A DNA stretch of 63,961 nucleotides, counting the filler, from Octopus bimaculoides (lineage: Eukaryota), in assembly GCF_001194135.2 (NCBI RefSeq). It is 6 parts of 6 records of this genome, joined end to end, with 100 filler letters (N's around TTAATTAATTAA, not from the genome) between each part and the next. Parts side by side here need not be neighbours in the genome. Positions count along the whole stretch, not along the records: positions 1 to 22,291 come from NC_068985.1; 5 more parts are not named here. One strand, 5' to 3'. The stretch's first letter is position 1. Each line of letters begins with the position of its first letter. Below, in pieces: positions 1-12,299 of this stretch. The notes below the pieces were generated by a model, which worked only from the letters and a program-made list of their open reading frames with translations, ran no database searches and was not told the DNA's origin. Position numbers and translations under genes: made by a program.

Positions 1-57
1 ACACACACACACACACACACACATACATACATACATACATACACATATATATATATA

Positions 58-450
58 TTCTCTTCTTTTATTTGTTTCAGTCGTTTGACTGTGGCTATAA
101 TGGAGCATCGCCTTTAGTCGAATAAATTGACCCCAGCACTTATTTTTTGTACGCCTAGTACTTATCCTATTGGTCTCTTTTTGCTGAACTGCTAATTTAG
201 AGGGACATAAACACACCAACATCGGTTGTCAAGCGATGGTTGGGGGATGAACATATGCGCGTGCACGTGCACACACATACACACTCACACACTCATATAT
301 ATGATGGGCATCTTCCAGTTTCCGTCTACGAAATCCAGTAACCGGGCCTTGGTCGGCCGGAGGCTATAGTAGAAGAGACTTGCTCAAGGTGCCACACAGT
401 TGGTCTGAACCTGGTACCATATGATTAGTAAGCAAGCTACCACAATGCCA
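58..450 (-). mobile_element. tRNA-derived SINE family A. Other copies: about 740-850, 7400-7520, 20200-20290, 25440-25870 (+), 28855-29200, 47846-48135, 60920-61070 (+), 61130-61380
   Basis: Shared blocks (ttgtttcagtcatttgactg, atcggttgtcaagc, gtagaagacacttgcccaag) recur. The minus strand begins with a tRNA-like A/B-box head (ggctgtgtggtaag ... gagttcagtccc), best seen at 48135-48060. Confidence 0.85.
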
Positions 451-579
451 CTTATATATATATATATATNNNNNNNNNNNNNNNNNNNNNNNNNNNNNNN
501 NNNNNNNNNNNNNNNNNNNNNNNNNNNNNNNNNNNNNNNNNNATATATACTTTATTTAAAAGCAGCAGAAATATAACAA

Positions 580-625
580 AAAACTGTTACTCGGAGTTTC
601 ACGTTCCCATTCATCGGACAGTTTT
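580..625 (-). ncRNA. Degenerate type I hammerhead-like motif, antisense in an SGPL1 intron
   Basis: Minus strand AAAACTGT-CCGATGA-ATGGGAACGT-GAAA-CTCCGAG-TA-ACAGTTTT; 8-bp helix I; one core change (U4 to C). Confidence 0.6.
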
Positions 626-726
626 GTTAGTTCTAACAAATATGCTTTTAAATAAAGCATATTACTCTACCTCTGGTATTTGAGTACTCTCTTTTCCACC
701 TTGTTGCACATTTATGTGCTTACTCT

Positions 727-766
<40 letters not shown>

Positions 767-905
767 TACGATGGACTTCTTTCAGTTTCCATCTACCAAA
801 TCCACTCGCCCTAGACTATAGTAGAAAATACTTGCCCAAGGTGTCATGTAGTGTTAGCTTATGTTAGCATTCATATTGTTACTGCTTTTACTTATACATT
901 CACAG

Positions 906-1013
906 GCTGCCATGGTGTTACGAATGAGGCTTACTCATATTCCAGTAGACCCTGTTACAAAGAAAGTTGATGTTAATGCTATGAAACGAGCCATCAATAG
1001 AAACACATGTCTT
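906..1013 (+). CDS. SGPL1: SGPL1 exon (AAMVLRMRL...AINRNTCL), phase 0/0
   Basis: ttcacag acceptor, gtaagt donor, 36 codons. Confidence 0.95.
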
Positions 1014-4000
1014 GTAAGTATGATTCTAACATTTCATTTTTATATTCATCCATCCATCGTCTCTGTTCACTATTCAGGGAAGGTCATGGCTGTAGAGTAC
1101 TCAAGCATCTCTTCCAAAGACCTTCCTAAACAATCTGAGGATGTTGAAACAGAGTGGAGATTGTTTTGTTCAACAGTTTCTTCTTCAGCTGCACAATGCT
1201 GTGGATGAAATTGTCTCAGTGTGATGCCAGGTGGTAAAAGAACTTCCTGGTTTAACCACAAAGTTAAAAATGCCATCTGAGCAAAGAAGGGGGCTTACAA
1301 AGCTTGGCTTTGAAACAAGTCTCCCCTTTTGTATTAACAGTACACTGTTGTGCAAAACGGTGCTGCTGAAACACTAAAAATGTTCAAGGCTAAATCATGG
1401 AAGAACTCTGGGAAATTGTAGATTGGATTTAAAGTGATTTAGATTTTTGTTTAGGAATCTATGTAATGTCAGATAAGATGTAAGTATCTAAAATGCCTCA
1501 TAAGAACATGAAGACCATTCAAGGGTTGGTGCTTAGCTTTGGTTTTAATGAGCAAGTTGTGGGTGAGGGGTAAAACTTCCCTCTCTGGATAGGATTCTAG
1601 TCTTTCACAGGTAACATTTGGCTCCTGTTCCTGACATCTCTGTTACCTACCGAAGAAATGCGGAATAAAAGTGTTTAAAAAAAAGACAAATTGCCAGTAA
1701 CACTTTTTTTTAACTCATAACCTTTGAGCACTTGCAATCTTGTCTTAAATAATGGCAAGCACCTTCTGTCAGTTTGTAAATAAATGTCCATGTGTAAAAG
1801 CAATCTCTTTACTCTGATGTGTATATAATAACATTTTAGATTCTTGATGTTTAGCTTCAGATGACTTCAAATGAGCAAACTTATGACCCAAGGCATTCCA
1901 GCCATGACCATCTAGTCTTTTGTTCTTAGTCTACCTTGGACTACATAGTACAATCTATCCTTCATTTTTTTTAACATGGTAGAGTATGATTTGAAAGAGA
2001 TTTAGTTGGTTTTTCTTGTAGGTTTGATGACCATATAGAGGTTCTTTCATTTAGCTATTGCTGTTGTTGTATAGGTAAGCTTTGAATGACCAGATCTAAG
2101 ACCAAAAGTATTCCATCATGACCTCTCTATCTAGATTTTAGTCAGTGTTTCTTAGACATTGTTATTTAATGTGTCCTTCCATTTTAATGATGACATAGTA
2201 CAATTGAACCCACTTGCATTTTAATCTGCTATTTCCAGCCCAAATATTCTACCATTTAACTTTCAAACTAGCTAGATCTGGCTCTTCACACCAGCCCTAC
2301 AATGTCATTCTTGAAATAAACAATCACATCATCAAGATCTTGAAGTTACACGGTAGTGCATGATTAATTCAAAATAGTATGAATAAATATGCATTACATT
2401 TGACTGAGTAATCTGAATGTGAATGGGTTAAAAGAGTAAAAGGGATTTAGCTATTTCTTACAGGTTTAGGGCCTCTCATAGAGGTTCCCTTATTTTCACT
2501 AAGGTTAAGTCTTTAGAAAATGAATCTCATTTTAAAATTCTATCTTTTACAGTTAGTTGGTTCGGCCCCACAGTTTCCACATGGTATTATTGATCCAATA
2601 GGAGAAATTTCTGAGGTAAGCATGACTTCTATCATATTTTGCTGTAATTTATATGATTATAAAAATTAATAAATAAACTTGTCTTAAGGCTGTGTAATAT
2701 AAGAAAGCTAAAATGTATTTGAAGATTTGCTACAAGAAGCATTAAATGTTGTTTCTAAACAAAATAAGTGACCATTTGGTTAGTTTACAGTGTTGAAATG
2801 TATGTTGATTCTGTGTAGCTATTTCAGCTTTTCATGATGGAAATCCTTGAAAGTTGAGTGTCTCTTCCTGGTATGTGACATAACACTTGTAATAGAATAT
2901 GAGTTTACAACTATTTCATTAGTTGGTCAGCATGTCTACTCAAAAAGACAACACGTGTGTGTGTGTGCACACTCACACACTGTTTTATTTTATTATACTT
3001 GTAAGATGTTTATGCAATTGTGTATATTTACATATTGATGGAGAAATTGTTTTCACAGCTGCTACTTAACCCATTATAGTTAACTTACTCAACTTTGGAG
3101 TAGAAGTAGAACTTGTTTGCTAAGTAGATTGAAGAGAGCCGAGTTTTGTGTTTGGCGTAGTTACATAACATAAAAGCTTTTATTAAGTTTGAATTGATGG
3201 ATTGAGTTGTCTGTTGGTTTTGACAATTTCAGTTGTTTGATGAATTGAATATTTGACTTTTTAAATTAATATGCAAGTGGTTGGATATCCCACAGACATG
3301 TGTATCCAAAACATAAATTGTCAGCCAAATCAGCATATCATAAACCACAGAAGTGAACTTTGCCTTTTGCTCTTTAAAGCTTGGTAAAATAAATGACAGT
3401 TAAATATAAGCATATAAAACTAAACTGGCACTCAGTCAGTTATGATGATGAGGGTTCCAGTTGCTCCGATCAATGGAACAACCTGCTTGTGAAATTAATA
3501 TGCATGTGGCTAAGCACTTCACAGACATGTGTACCCTTTATGTAGTTCTCAAGGAGATTCAACGTAACACAGAATGTGACAAGGCTGCCCCTTTAAAATA
3601 CAACTACTACTCATTTTTGCCAGCTGAGTGGACTGGAACAATGTGAAATAAAGTGTCTTGCACATGGACACAGCATGTCATTGGAAATTGAATTCACAAC
3701 CTTATGATCATGAGCTGAATACCTTAACCACTAAGCCACTTGTCTTCACATATAAGTATATAGGACATTTAAATCAATTGTGCTCTCCCGCAAAATGTGT
3801 TTTGCTCCTGTTAGAAATTACTTATTAATAAAATTTAAAAGCCTTAAATACCTTTTCCTAATTAACATGTTTGTTTATATTTTTTAATAAATATGTTTTC
3901 TCTTCTGTTTTATTTTCAAAACAATTCCTCCAGCTTGGTTTAAAGTACAACATTCCAGTTCACTGTGATTGTTGTTTGGGTGGTTTCCTTGTTCCATTTC

Positions 4001-7000
4001 TGGAGAGAGCTGGTTTCCATATGGACCCAGTTGATTTCCGTCTCCCTGGTGTAACAAGTATTTCAGCAGACACACACAAGGTAAAGTTTTATTCTTTATC
4101 TTTCTTTCATCAAATTAAGCATCATTTAAACGAACATTTCTGTATATCTTTATCTCACAGTATTTGGAACTAATAAATTAGACAGCTTCATCCTGCAGTG
4201 GCTGTGACAGATGCTACTGTTGTTGTTTTTGTTCTGTCATTAATTTTCAGATTGGGCCTTCAAGAGTTTCATAAATATTTTAGTTTGTTGCTTTCAGTTT
4301 TTTTTTAATGTTTTGAAATGTTTTTGTTATTAAATCATTGTGTTTGATGTTGTTTCCAGTATGGCCAAGCGCCTAAAGGCTCTGCTGTTTTGGTGTACAA
4401 AGACCCCAGCTATCGTAAATTCCAGTGGTTTAGCATTACAAATTGGCCCGGTGGAATATATGCTACTCCCACATTTGCAGGTATCATGATTTTTTTTGTC
4501 TTTCTTTCTATTTTTCTTTTGTTTTCCACTGCCCACCATCACCCCACCTCCACCATATCTAGCAGTTTGAACAACTGTGTTATGAGTCTCCCTTATTAGG
4601 AGTGCGTTGGCAAATGGAAACACAATTTTGAGAGATCCTCCTCTGCTTCCTCCTCATCATCAACATCATCATCATCATCATCGATGTCGTTGTTGTTGTC
4701 ATCATCATCATTATCATCATCGTTTAACATCCACTTTTTTATACTTTCATGGGTCGGACAGTGTTTGTTGTGGTTGAGGCAGATTTTCTAGTGCTGGATG
4801 ATCGTCCTGTCACCAACCTTCACTCGATTCCAAACAATGTAATATTTTTCCATAGTTAAACATATTTTTCTCAGAAGACTGGAAATGATGATGCTCATTT
4901 ACAAGCACCACATGATGTCTACACAAGGGGACATGGACACAAACACACACACATATGTATACAAGTTTCTTACAGATCCTGCCTACCAAGTCCACTCACA
5001 AGGTCTATATTAGAAGACACTTGCCCACAGTGCCATACAGTGTTTAGAAAACAAAACTTCTCAAACACATAGACACATCATCATCACCACCATCGTTTAA
5101 CATCCACCTTCCATGCTAGCATGGGTGGGATGGTCGTAACAAATCAACCAGGTGACTAGGGGATGTGAAAGCATAGAAGCTTTTGGACAAAATGATTTAA
5201 TCCTGTTTCAAGAGGATGTTAGTGCATGCACATTAAATAATGATGATATCCATGGATGGTTAAGATATTTATTTCAAAATAAGTGGCCAAGGTTGTTGTT
5301 AGAAAGATGGTGGATAATCTTGTGGATTTCTATCATATCAGCTGTTAGATTTCAAAGCTTTACTATGGTCGATGCCCAGAAAGGCAAAATATTAAAAATA
5401 TGGTAAGTAACAGATGGAGGGTGTTCATCTAGTTACACATCTCTGGCTGACTTCTTATAGATCAATATTCTGGACAAGATGGGTGTTCCAGACTGCAGAT
5501 GCAAACTGTAAGGGTAGGCATACCATAGCCATCATCTATTATGTAGAATACTTTACTTAACATATGTTATTGAATTTTTCTCTAGGTAGCCGAGCAGGCT
5601 CAGAAATTGCTTCTTGTTGGGCAACTATGATGTTTACTGGTATGGAAGGTTACGTTGATGCTGCCTGGAAAATCATCTCTACAGCACGAGCTATGGCTAA
5701 AGTGTAACTACAGCATTTATAGTTTATGCTTTAATTTTCTTTAATAGTTCAATTGAATTACATTTAAATTTGAATTCAATGTGAGTATCAATGAATATTG
5801 GGTTGTGAGACTTAATCAACCACCAAGTTTAATAATCGTCACCCTTGGATGTCTTTAGCAGCATTTACTTTCATTTATTCATCCTTCAATGTGGTTGAAC
5901 AACCAATCCCAGCCAGTTGGGATTCATAGTATGGGTTGTACTATTCATCCCTTGTGACTTGTGAGACCACCATGACTTGTGACCACATGACTTGTGAGAC
6001 CACCATTTGGGTGATTTATCAGTCACCATCTCACCTTTGTATGCCAGTCTTTCACAAGGTTACCCATTTACAGCATCATGAAATGGAGTGTTTTGCTCAA
6101 GAACACAACACACAGCCAGTCTGGAAATTAACACCATGATCTTACGATCATGAATGCAGTGTCCCAACCATTAGGCCATGTGCCATCACACATTGTTGGA
6201 TAGCTGCTGACTCTCTTGAGATCCTCTGCCCTTTGATGGGTTTTGTTTATTGTTCCTGCAGGATGTCCAATAAATCAGACTCCTCACCAAGCAAGCCTGG
6301 TGGGGCTACTGGCTTAGTTACCAATGATCCAACCATGCGACAGGTTGTACTGGGTTACATGTTACCAGTACTGCTTGAGAGCGACCTAACACTAAATTTT
6401 CAGAATTATTGCCAGCATGGAACATGGATGTTAAATGATGATGATGAATATAAAATCATATTAGTGAAAGTCATCATCATCATTATCATCATCAGTTAAC
6501 ATCTTACTTTTCTGCTGGCTTAGGTTGGCTGGTTTATCAGGAGCTGGCAAGTAAGAAGACTGCGCCAAGCTCTACTGTCTGTTGGTGCATGGCTTCTATG
6601 GCTGAATGATAAAGATTAAACTGCCCTTTAGCAGAAAGCTCTTTCTGTTCAGAGATTCTAAACAATTATTATTAACATTTAACCATTTTTTTCTTTTTTT
6701 CTTTTCTTATTTTATTATTCTTCACAGTTTCTGCTCTGCATTGCTCTTATATCAACCAGTGCTATAACTATCATAGAACTAAACTAGTTATAAATTAAAA
6801 CTTACCAGAACTTTAGTTAACCTAAAACCTTACTGATTTCTATTCCAGTATGAAAAACATCCATGGTATTGAGGTACTAGGTGATCCTAAGATGTCTGTT
6901 ATTGCTTTTACTTCAAAGGAGTTTGATATCTATCGTTTGTCTGATGCACTTACTGCAAAAGGCTGGACTCTGAATCCACTGCAATTTCCTCCTAGGTAAG

Positions 7001-8535
7001 TTTGAATATTTGTATTGGCTTCAAATTTTGGTGCAAGGTCAGCAAGTTTGGTGGGGGAATAGTTGATTACATTGACCCAGCAACTAGTATTTATTTTATT
7101 GACCTTGAAGTGATGAAAGGCAAAGTTGACCCCAGCGGCATTTGAACTCTGGATGTAAAGACAAATGAAATTCCACTAAACAGTTTGCCTGGTGCAGTAA
7201 CAATTCTACCAACTTGGTGCCTTAGTTTGAGTATTTACATTGACCTAATATTGGTTTCAAATTTTGACACAAGGCCAGCGGATTCTGGGAAGGGGTGAGT
7301 CAATTGTATTGATCCCAATACTTGAGTGGTGCTTATTTTATCAACCCTAAGAGGATGAACAGCAAAGTTGACCTCAGTGGAATCCACTATTTACCGAATC
7401 CACTTACAAGGCATTGGTCAGCCCAGGGTTATAGTAGAAGACACTTTTCCAAGGTGCTTCGCAGAGGGAAAGAACCTGAAACCATGTGGTTGGGAAGAAA
7501 ACTTCTCAGCGACACAGCCACATACTATATATATAATTCTTTGCGGCTGACTTTTCAAACATCTAACAGTCACTCTCAGATTATGGAAGTGCTATGTTCC
7601 TGAAAATCTTGCTACAAATGGGCATCCATAGCATTTGTTTTAAAATTGATGGGCCTCACAGAAGTGGTGACTAGTGACAGACACCTTTGACAATATGCTG
7701 TGCTTGAGATGACTCATCAAACCAAGTGAAATTGTAGTCGTGGCCATTGCTGGTGTCATGTAAATGGCATCCATGTAATTGTAATCATGATCGTTGCTGA
7801 TAGCATGATCTTTGAAATGATCTTCGAATGTTTGGGCCTTACGGAGGTGATGGATGAGATGGTGAAGCATGCTCTTTGAATGTTGGGCCTCATGGAGGCG
7901 ATGACGAGTGACTGAGACCATGGCAATATGCTGTGCTTAAGAAGATTCTTCGAGCCAAGTGAAACTGTAGTCGTGACCTTTGCCAGTGTCATGTAGATGG
8001 CACCTGTGCCGGTCTCACGTAAAAAGCACTCATTACACTCACAGTGTGGTTGGCATTAGGAAGGTCATCCAGCCATAGAAACCATGTCAAATTAGACTGG
8101 AACCTGGTGCAGCTCTCCAGCTTATCAGTCCCAGTCAGACTGTCTAACCCATGTCAGCATGGAAAGCAGATGTTAGATGATGATGATGATGATGATGATG
8201 TAAAGAAAAAAATATATGAGAAATACTGTCTGTTGGTATAAATAGATTTTAAAGATTTGTTTTTCTTTTCTCTTTCTTCTGTTCCATATTCCAGTATTCA
8301 CATGTGTGTCACCTTGGCACACACTAAACCTGAGGTTGTAGAACGCTTTGAGAAAGATGTAGCTGAGTCAGTTGAAGTCATTCGACAAAATCCCTCTGAA
8401 AAATGTCAGGGCGCGGTAAGTCAATGCACTACCTACTACTACTATTACTGCTGCTGCTGCTGCTGCTGTTACTACAACTACTACTACTACTACTGCTACT
8501 ACTACTGCTACTACTACTACTACTACTACTACTAT

Positions 8536-8584
<49 letters not shown>

Positions 8585-8855
8585 ACTACTACTACTACTA
8601 CTACTACTACTAGTACTACTACTACTACTGCTGCTGCTACTACTACTAGTACTACTACTACTNNNNNNNNNNNNNNNNNNNNNNNNNNNNNNNNNNNNNN
8701 NNNNNNNNNNNNNNNNNNNNNNNNNNNNNNNNNNNNNNNNNNNNNNNNNNNNNNNNNNNNNNNNNNNNNNNNNNNNNNNNNNNNNNNNNNNNNNNNNNNN
8801 NNNNNNNNNNNNNNNNNNNNNNNNNNNNNNNNNNNNNNNNNNACTACTACTGCTG

Positions 8856-8891
<36 letters not shown>

Positions 8892-8991
8892 GTACTACTA
8901 CTACTGCTGCTACTACTACTAGTACTACTACTACTACTGCTGCTGCTACTACTACTAGTACTACTACTACTACTGCTGCTGCTACTACTAT

Positions 8992-9033
<42 letters not shown>

Positions 9034-9732
9034 CACTTTCACCGTCACTCTGTTGTTACTATTCTAAACAATGTTTTAACCCTAGCATTCAGATTATTTA
9101 TTCACATTGTTTTGAATTAATCATACATTATCTCATAGCTTCGAGATTACGATGATGTAATCATTTATTTTTAGAGTGGCATTGTAGGGTATGTATGAGA
9201 GGCTGGATCTGGCCAGTTTGAATATTAAAAGAGAAAAAGATAGAATATCTGGGCCAAATGTAGTTGGTTTAAATGCTACAGGGTTATGATGCCTTGCAGT
9301 ATTTCTTCTTGTTCTTTAAGTTTTGAGTTCAAATACTGCCAAGGTCAACGTGTCTTTTATCCTCAGGGTCGAAAAAATAAAATGCCAGTTGAGTACTGGA
9401 GTCACCATTCCACTTATTTAAATTTACTATTGTTTAGTCTTTTCCCGAATTTGAGGCTAAGGGAGATAACTCGGTTTGGGAATGTGGATGGTATTGGTTA
9501 TCTATAGATACAATTAGAGGTGACGTAGTACTATGCCAGCCACTGCACTGACAATTTGCTTAGGCTGGCAGTATCTTTGAATCAAAACTGATATAGGGTA
9601 AGGGGTTTCTATAGTTTAATTGTATACAGCCTCTCTCATGTTAGAGACATGATAAAATGTGCCCACCCCATCCAGTAAAGTGGTTGTTGCTGATAGGAAA
9701 CATATCTATTCATTAAAAACTATGCAACAGAG

Positions 9733-9779
<47 letters not shown>

Positions 9780-10490
9780 GTGTGTGTGTGTGTGTGTGTA
9801 TAGTTGAAAAAAGATTAGAGATCTATACAAGTCAAGTTTTTATATATAAAAGATGGAGGGGGAAATAGCACAGAAGTAAATCTAAGACATTTCAATTTAA
9901 GAAGGAACTTAATAAAAATGATTTTAAAAATTATATATAAAGAAATTATTACCAGGTTCAAATCTCATCTTATCAAATATCAGTAAAAATAAAAATAAAT
10001 TTGAAGTTAAAACAGTTTATCTTCTGACTGGGAGTCAAAAATATGTCTGGAGCTTTTTTGTTGAAATCTTATTTAAATATAGTTTGGTATAGAGTTCAAA
10101 GTGTTAGAGAGTAAGAGAGTGGGTGTAGTTGTCTTTTGTCTAAAAGGCTTAAAAGCCACTCCCTTGGCAGGGACCTACAAAGATTTCTTTTAGACAATAG
10201 ACAACTACACCCCCTCTCTTACTCTCTGACACTTTGAACTCTATACCAAACTATATTTAAAGAAGACTTCAATGAAAATCTCCAGACATATATTTGATCC
10301 CCAGACAGAAGATAAATTGTTTTTTACTTCAAATTTTTATAAATTTTTACTGATGTTTGATAAGATGAGATTCATCAGCGAAACTGATAATATTTTCTTT
10401 ATATAATTTTAAAAATCATTTTTATTAAATTCCCACTTAAATTGAAATGTCTTAGATTTACTTATGTATTATTTCCACCTCCATCTTATA

Positions 10491-10531
<41 letters not shown>

Positions 10532-11767
10532 GGGTGGGAGGTAGGACAAAATGGGTGAGGTAAAGTGAGTAATTTCTGATTTCTTGTTATTGTCGCCCTG
10601 CTTATTTGAAATCTTTACATTGCAAGTATTGTAACATCATTGGAAGTAAAATTTGGCTAGCATAGTTGTTATTGTTGAAGTTGAGAGAGTTTGAAACATA
10701 GTCAGGTGGCAGGTACGTCTTTTTCAAGAAATTTTTCCTCAATTTTGACCCAATTAATAAAATATCTGGATAATTTTTAGTGTTGAACCATTAAAATTCT
10801 TTTTTCTGTTGGATTCCAAGTCAATTTTTTTCTCACTCTAATGTCTAATTTGATAATTTTCAATTTCCAAATCCTGATATCAAAACTAGAGCAAAATGAG
10901 TAATGACTAATTTCAGTAATCCTTTCTCTTTAACTGCATGGTCATAAATATATAAGCAAGGGGGAGGGGTTACTCAAGCAGATCGTGAAGAAGCTATAGA
11001 AAATATTTAATGTTGAGTTTTTAGATTTGGTTGAGTTTTGTTAATTTCATATCACATGCTATTTTGCTATGATTCTCCCTCATTTGATCTAGATATTGTA
11101 AATTTTTGTTGTATTTTCTTGTCTTTCTGATGTCTAAAGATGGATATTAATGTGTATGAGTCTTTTTCTAAATGTAATTCAACTGAAAAAACAAGTTTAC
11201 CTAATCTTGTTTTACTTATTTTGCCCCACCTAAATATGTCTTTTGTATGCTCAAAGAGAATGAAGATAATTTTCTGAAATAGTATTCAAAATATGCTATA
11301 GTGTTTTTAATGCATTTAGAGAAGGTTATTTGCTTAGCTAATATAGTTTTTGAGAGATAGTGAATATTTGTAAAATAATACTTTTTATCAAAGTCAAAAA
11401 TGCAGTAAATCTTATTCATTGTTCCCTGCCCACTCCTTATATGCATGAATGCACGTATGTATATATATATATATATATATATAGGAAGGAAGGAAGCTAG
11501 ATCCAGCCAGTTTAAACATAAAACAAGTATAACATTCAGGCTGGATATGACCTGTTTAAATGCTAGAAGGTTAAAACTACAATTTATTTTTCAGAGATGT
11601 CTAATATTTTAATCTTACTGTTTTTTGTTTAACAATATGTTTCCTTTTTTTTTTCTCTTGTCTAGGGTGCACTCTATGGCATGTCCCAGACTATTCCAGA
11701 CCGTTCTATTGTTGAAGATGTCACTGGTATCTACTTAGATGCTAGCTATGATACAACAAACCACTGA
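906..11767 (+). CDS. SGPL1: Sphingosine-1-phosphate lyase, 3' portion: join(906-1013,2553-2615,3934-4080,4360-4480,5586-5703,6849-6995,8295-8415,11666-11767); 5' exons lie upstream of the window
   Basis: The spliced 927 nt give 308 aa plus TGA. It carries SGPL1 hallmarks: [36 protein letters not shown] (PLP lysine), [38 protein letters not shown]. All introns are GT-AG and phases match. Confidence 0.97.
1080..1320 (+). mobile_element. Degenerate RTE-like LINE ORF fragment in an SGPL1 intron
   Basis: [23 protein letters not shown]...[26 protein letters not shown] resembles the endonuclease-RT linker of RTE elements. Confidence 0.65.
2553..2615 (+). CDS. SGPL1: SGPL1 exon ([21 protein letters not shown]); too short for the ORF track
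   Basis: ttttacag acceptor, gtaagc donor, 21 codons matching the family motif PQFPHGxxDP. Confidence 0.95.
3934..4080 (+). CDS. SGPL1: SGPL1 exon ([17 protein letters not shown]...SISADTHK)
   Basis: cctccag acceptor, gtaaag donor, 49 codons ending at the PLP-binding lysine. Confidence 0.97.
4360..4480 (+). CDS. SGPL1: SGPL1 exon ([13 protein letters not shown]...[11 protein letters not shown])
   Basis: tttccag acceptor, gtatca donor, 121 nt, phase 0/1. Confidence 0.96.
5586..5703 (+). CDS. SGPL1: SGPL1 exon ([16 protein letters not shown]...ARAMAK-V)
   Basis: ctctag acceptor; donor GTAACT at 5704 is the only one giving the phase 2 needed by the next exon. Confidence 0.92.
6849..6995 (+). 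CDS. SGPL1: SGPL1 exon ([20 protein letters not shown]...LQFPP-S)
   Basis: attccag acceptor, gtaagt donor, 147 nt, phase 2/2. Confidence 0.96.
7640..8200 (+). mobile_element. Non-autonomous retroelement with (GAT)n tail. 3' fragments also at about 4720-4900 (-), 5085-5160 (-), 6480-6600 (-), 13090-13175
   Basis: Shared 3' end ccatgccagcatggaa...gacgttaaacgatgatgatg; internal duplication 7680-7775 vs 7915-8010. Confidence 0.65.
8295..8415 (+). CDS. SGPL1: SGPL1 exon ([10 protein letters not shown]...NPSEKCQGA)
   Basis: pyrimidine tract plus ccag acceptor, gtaagt donor, 121 nt, phase 2/0. Confidence 0.95.
8427..9033. repeat. Compound trinucleotide array (TAC)n/(TGC)n/TAG with an internal gap
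   Basis: Directly visible; source of the spurious poly-L/V/Y ORFs. Confidence 0.95.
9847..10492. mobile_element. Foldback element: about 300-bp inverted arms (9847-10146 and 10187-10492) with a 40-bp spacer, in TA-rich flanks
   Basis: The arms are reverse complements along their length, e.g. agagttcaaagtgttagagagtaagagag vs ctctcttactctctgacactttgaactct. Confidence 0.85.
10510..11435. mobile_element. Putative DNA-transposon relic, unclassified; the part at 11270-11430 recurs at about 42650-42815
   Basis: Shared block tttctgaaatagt...gcatttagagaaggt.atttgc...tcatt.t.ccctgc at both sites. Confidence 0.45.
11666..11767 (+). CDS. SGPL1: SGPL1 terminal coding exon ([18 protein letters not shown]...YDTTNH*)
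   Basis: long T tract plus tctag acceptor; C-terminal family motif GAxYGMxQxxxDRxxV; TGA at 11765-11767. Confidence 0.95.
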   Translation, partial: GALYGMSQTIPDRSIVEDVTGIYLDASYDTTNH

Positions 11768-12214
11768 ACTTCATCTTTTTGTTTCAAAGCCAATACATTT
11801 TAGCCCAGCTCTATTTAATTTAAATTCTTTTTTCTAAATTACACGTCATTCAAAATGAAAACTGGCATCTTTAAACAATCAGACTGTTAATGTTGAAAAT
11901 TATGTACATGCACAACACACCCATACACAAACACACACACCCATACACAAACACACACACACACACACTGTAATCTAGCAAAATCCCTTAGGAGTTTACA
12001 AGATGTTTTGCTGCTTCCCTGCAGGATAAAATACTCTGAGGAAATCACCCAGTGTCATGAACTGGGAAATATTTAACAGGAAGCAAAACAAAACATTTGC
12101 AAGATGACCACCAGGTGAGAAAATGATGCTCTCATGCATCATACTGCTTACAGGGACTCTCTTCTCTGCAATAGCTGTTGAGCTTTTACAAAATATGTAT
12201 GTATGCAAATATAC

Positions 12215-12250
<36 letters not shown>

Positions 12251-12251
12251 G

Positions 12252-12299
<48 letters not shown>

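Noticed and set aside
861-1208. 115-aa ORF as a standalone secreted protein
   Set aside because: It is intron sequence plus the 108-nt SGPL1 exon plus read-through into an RTE fragment
8368-9155. Long poly-Leu/Val/Tyr ORFs
   Set aside because: Translation of a trinucleotide array and an N gap
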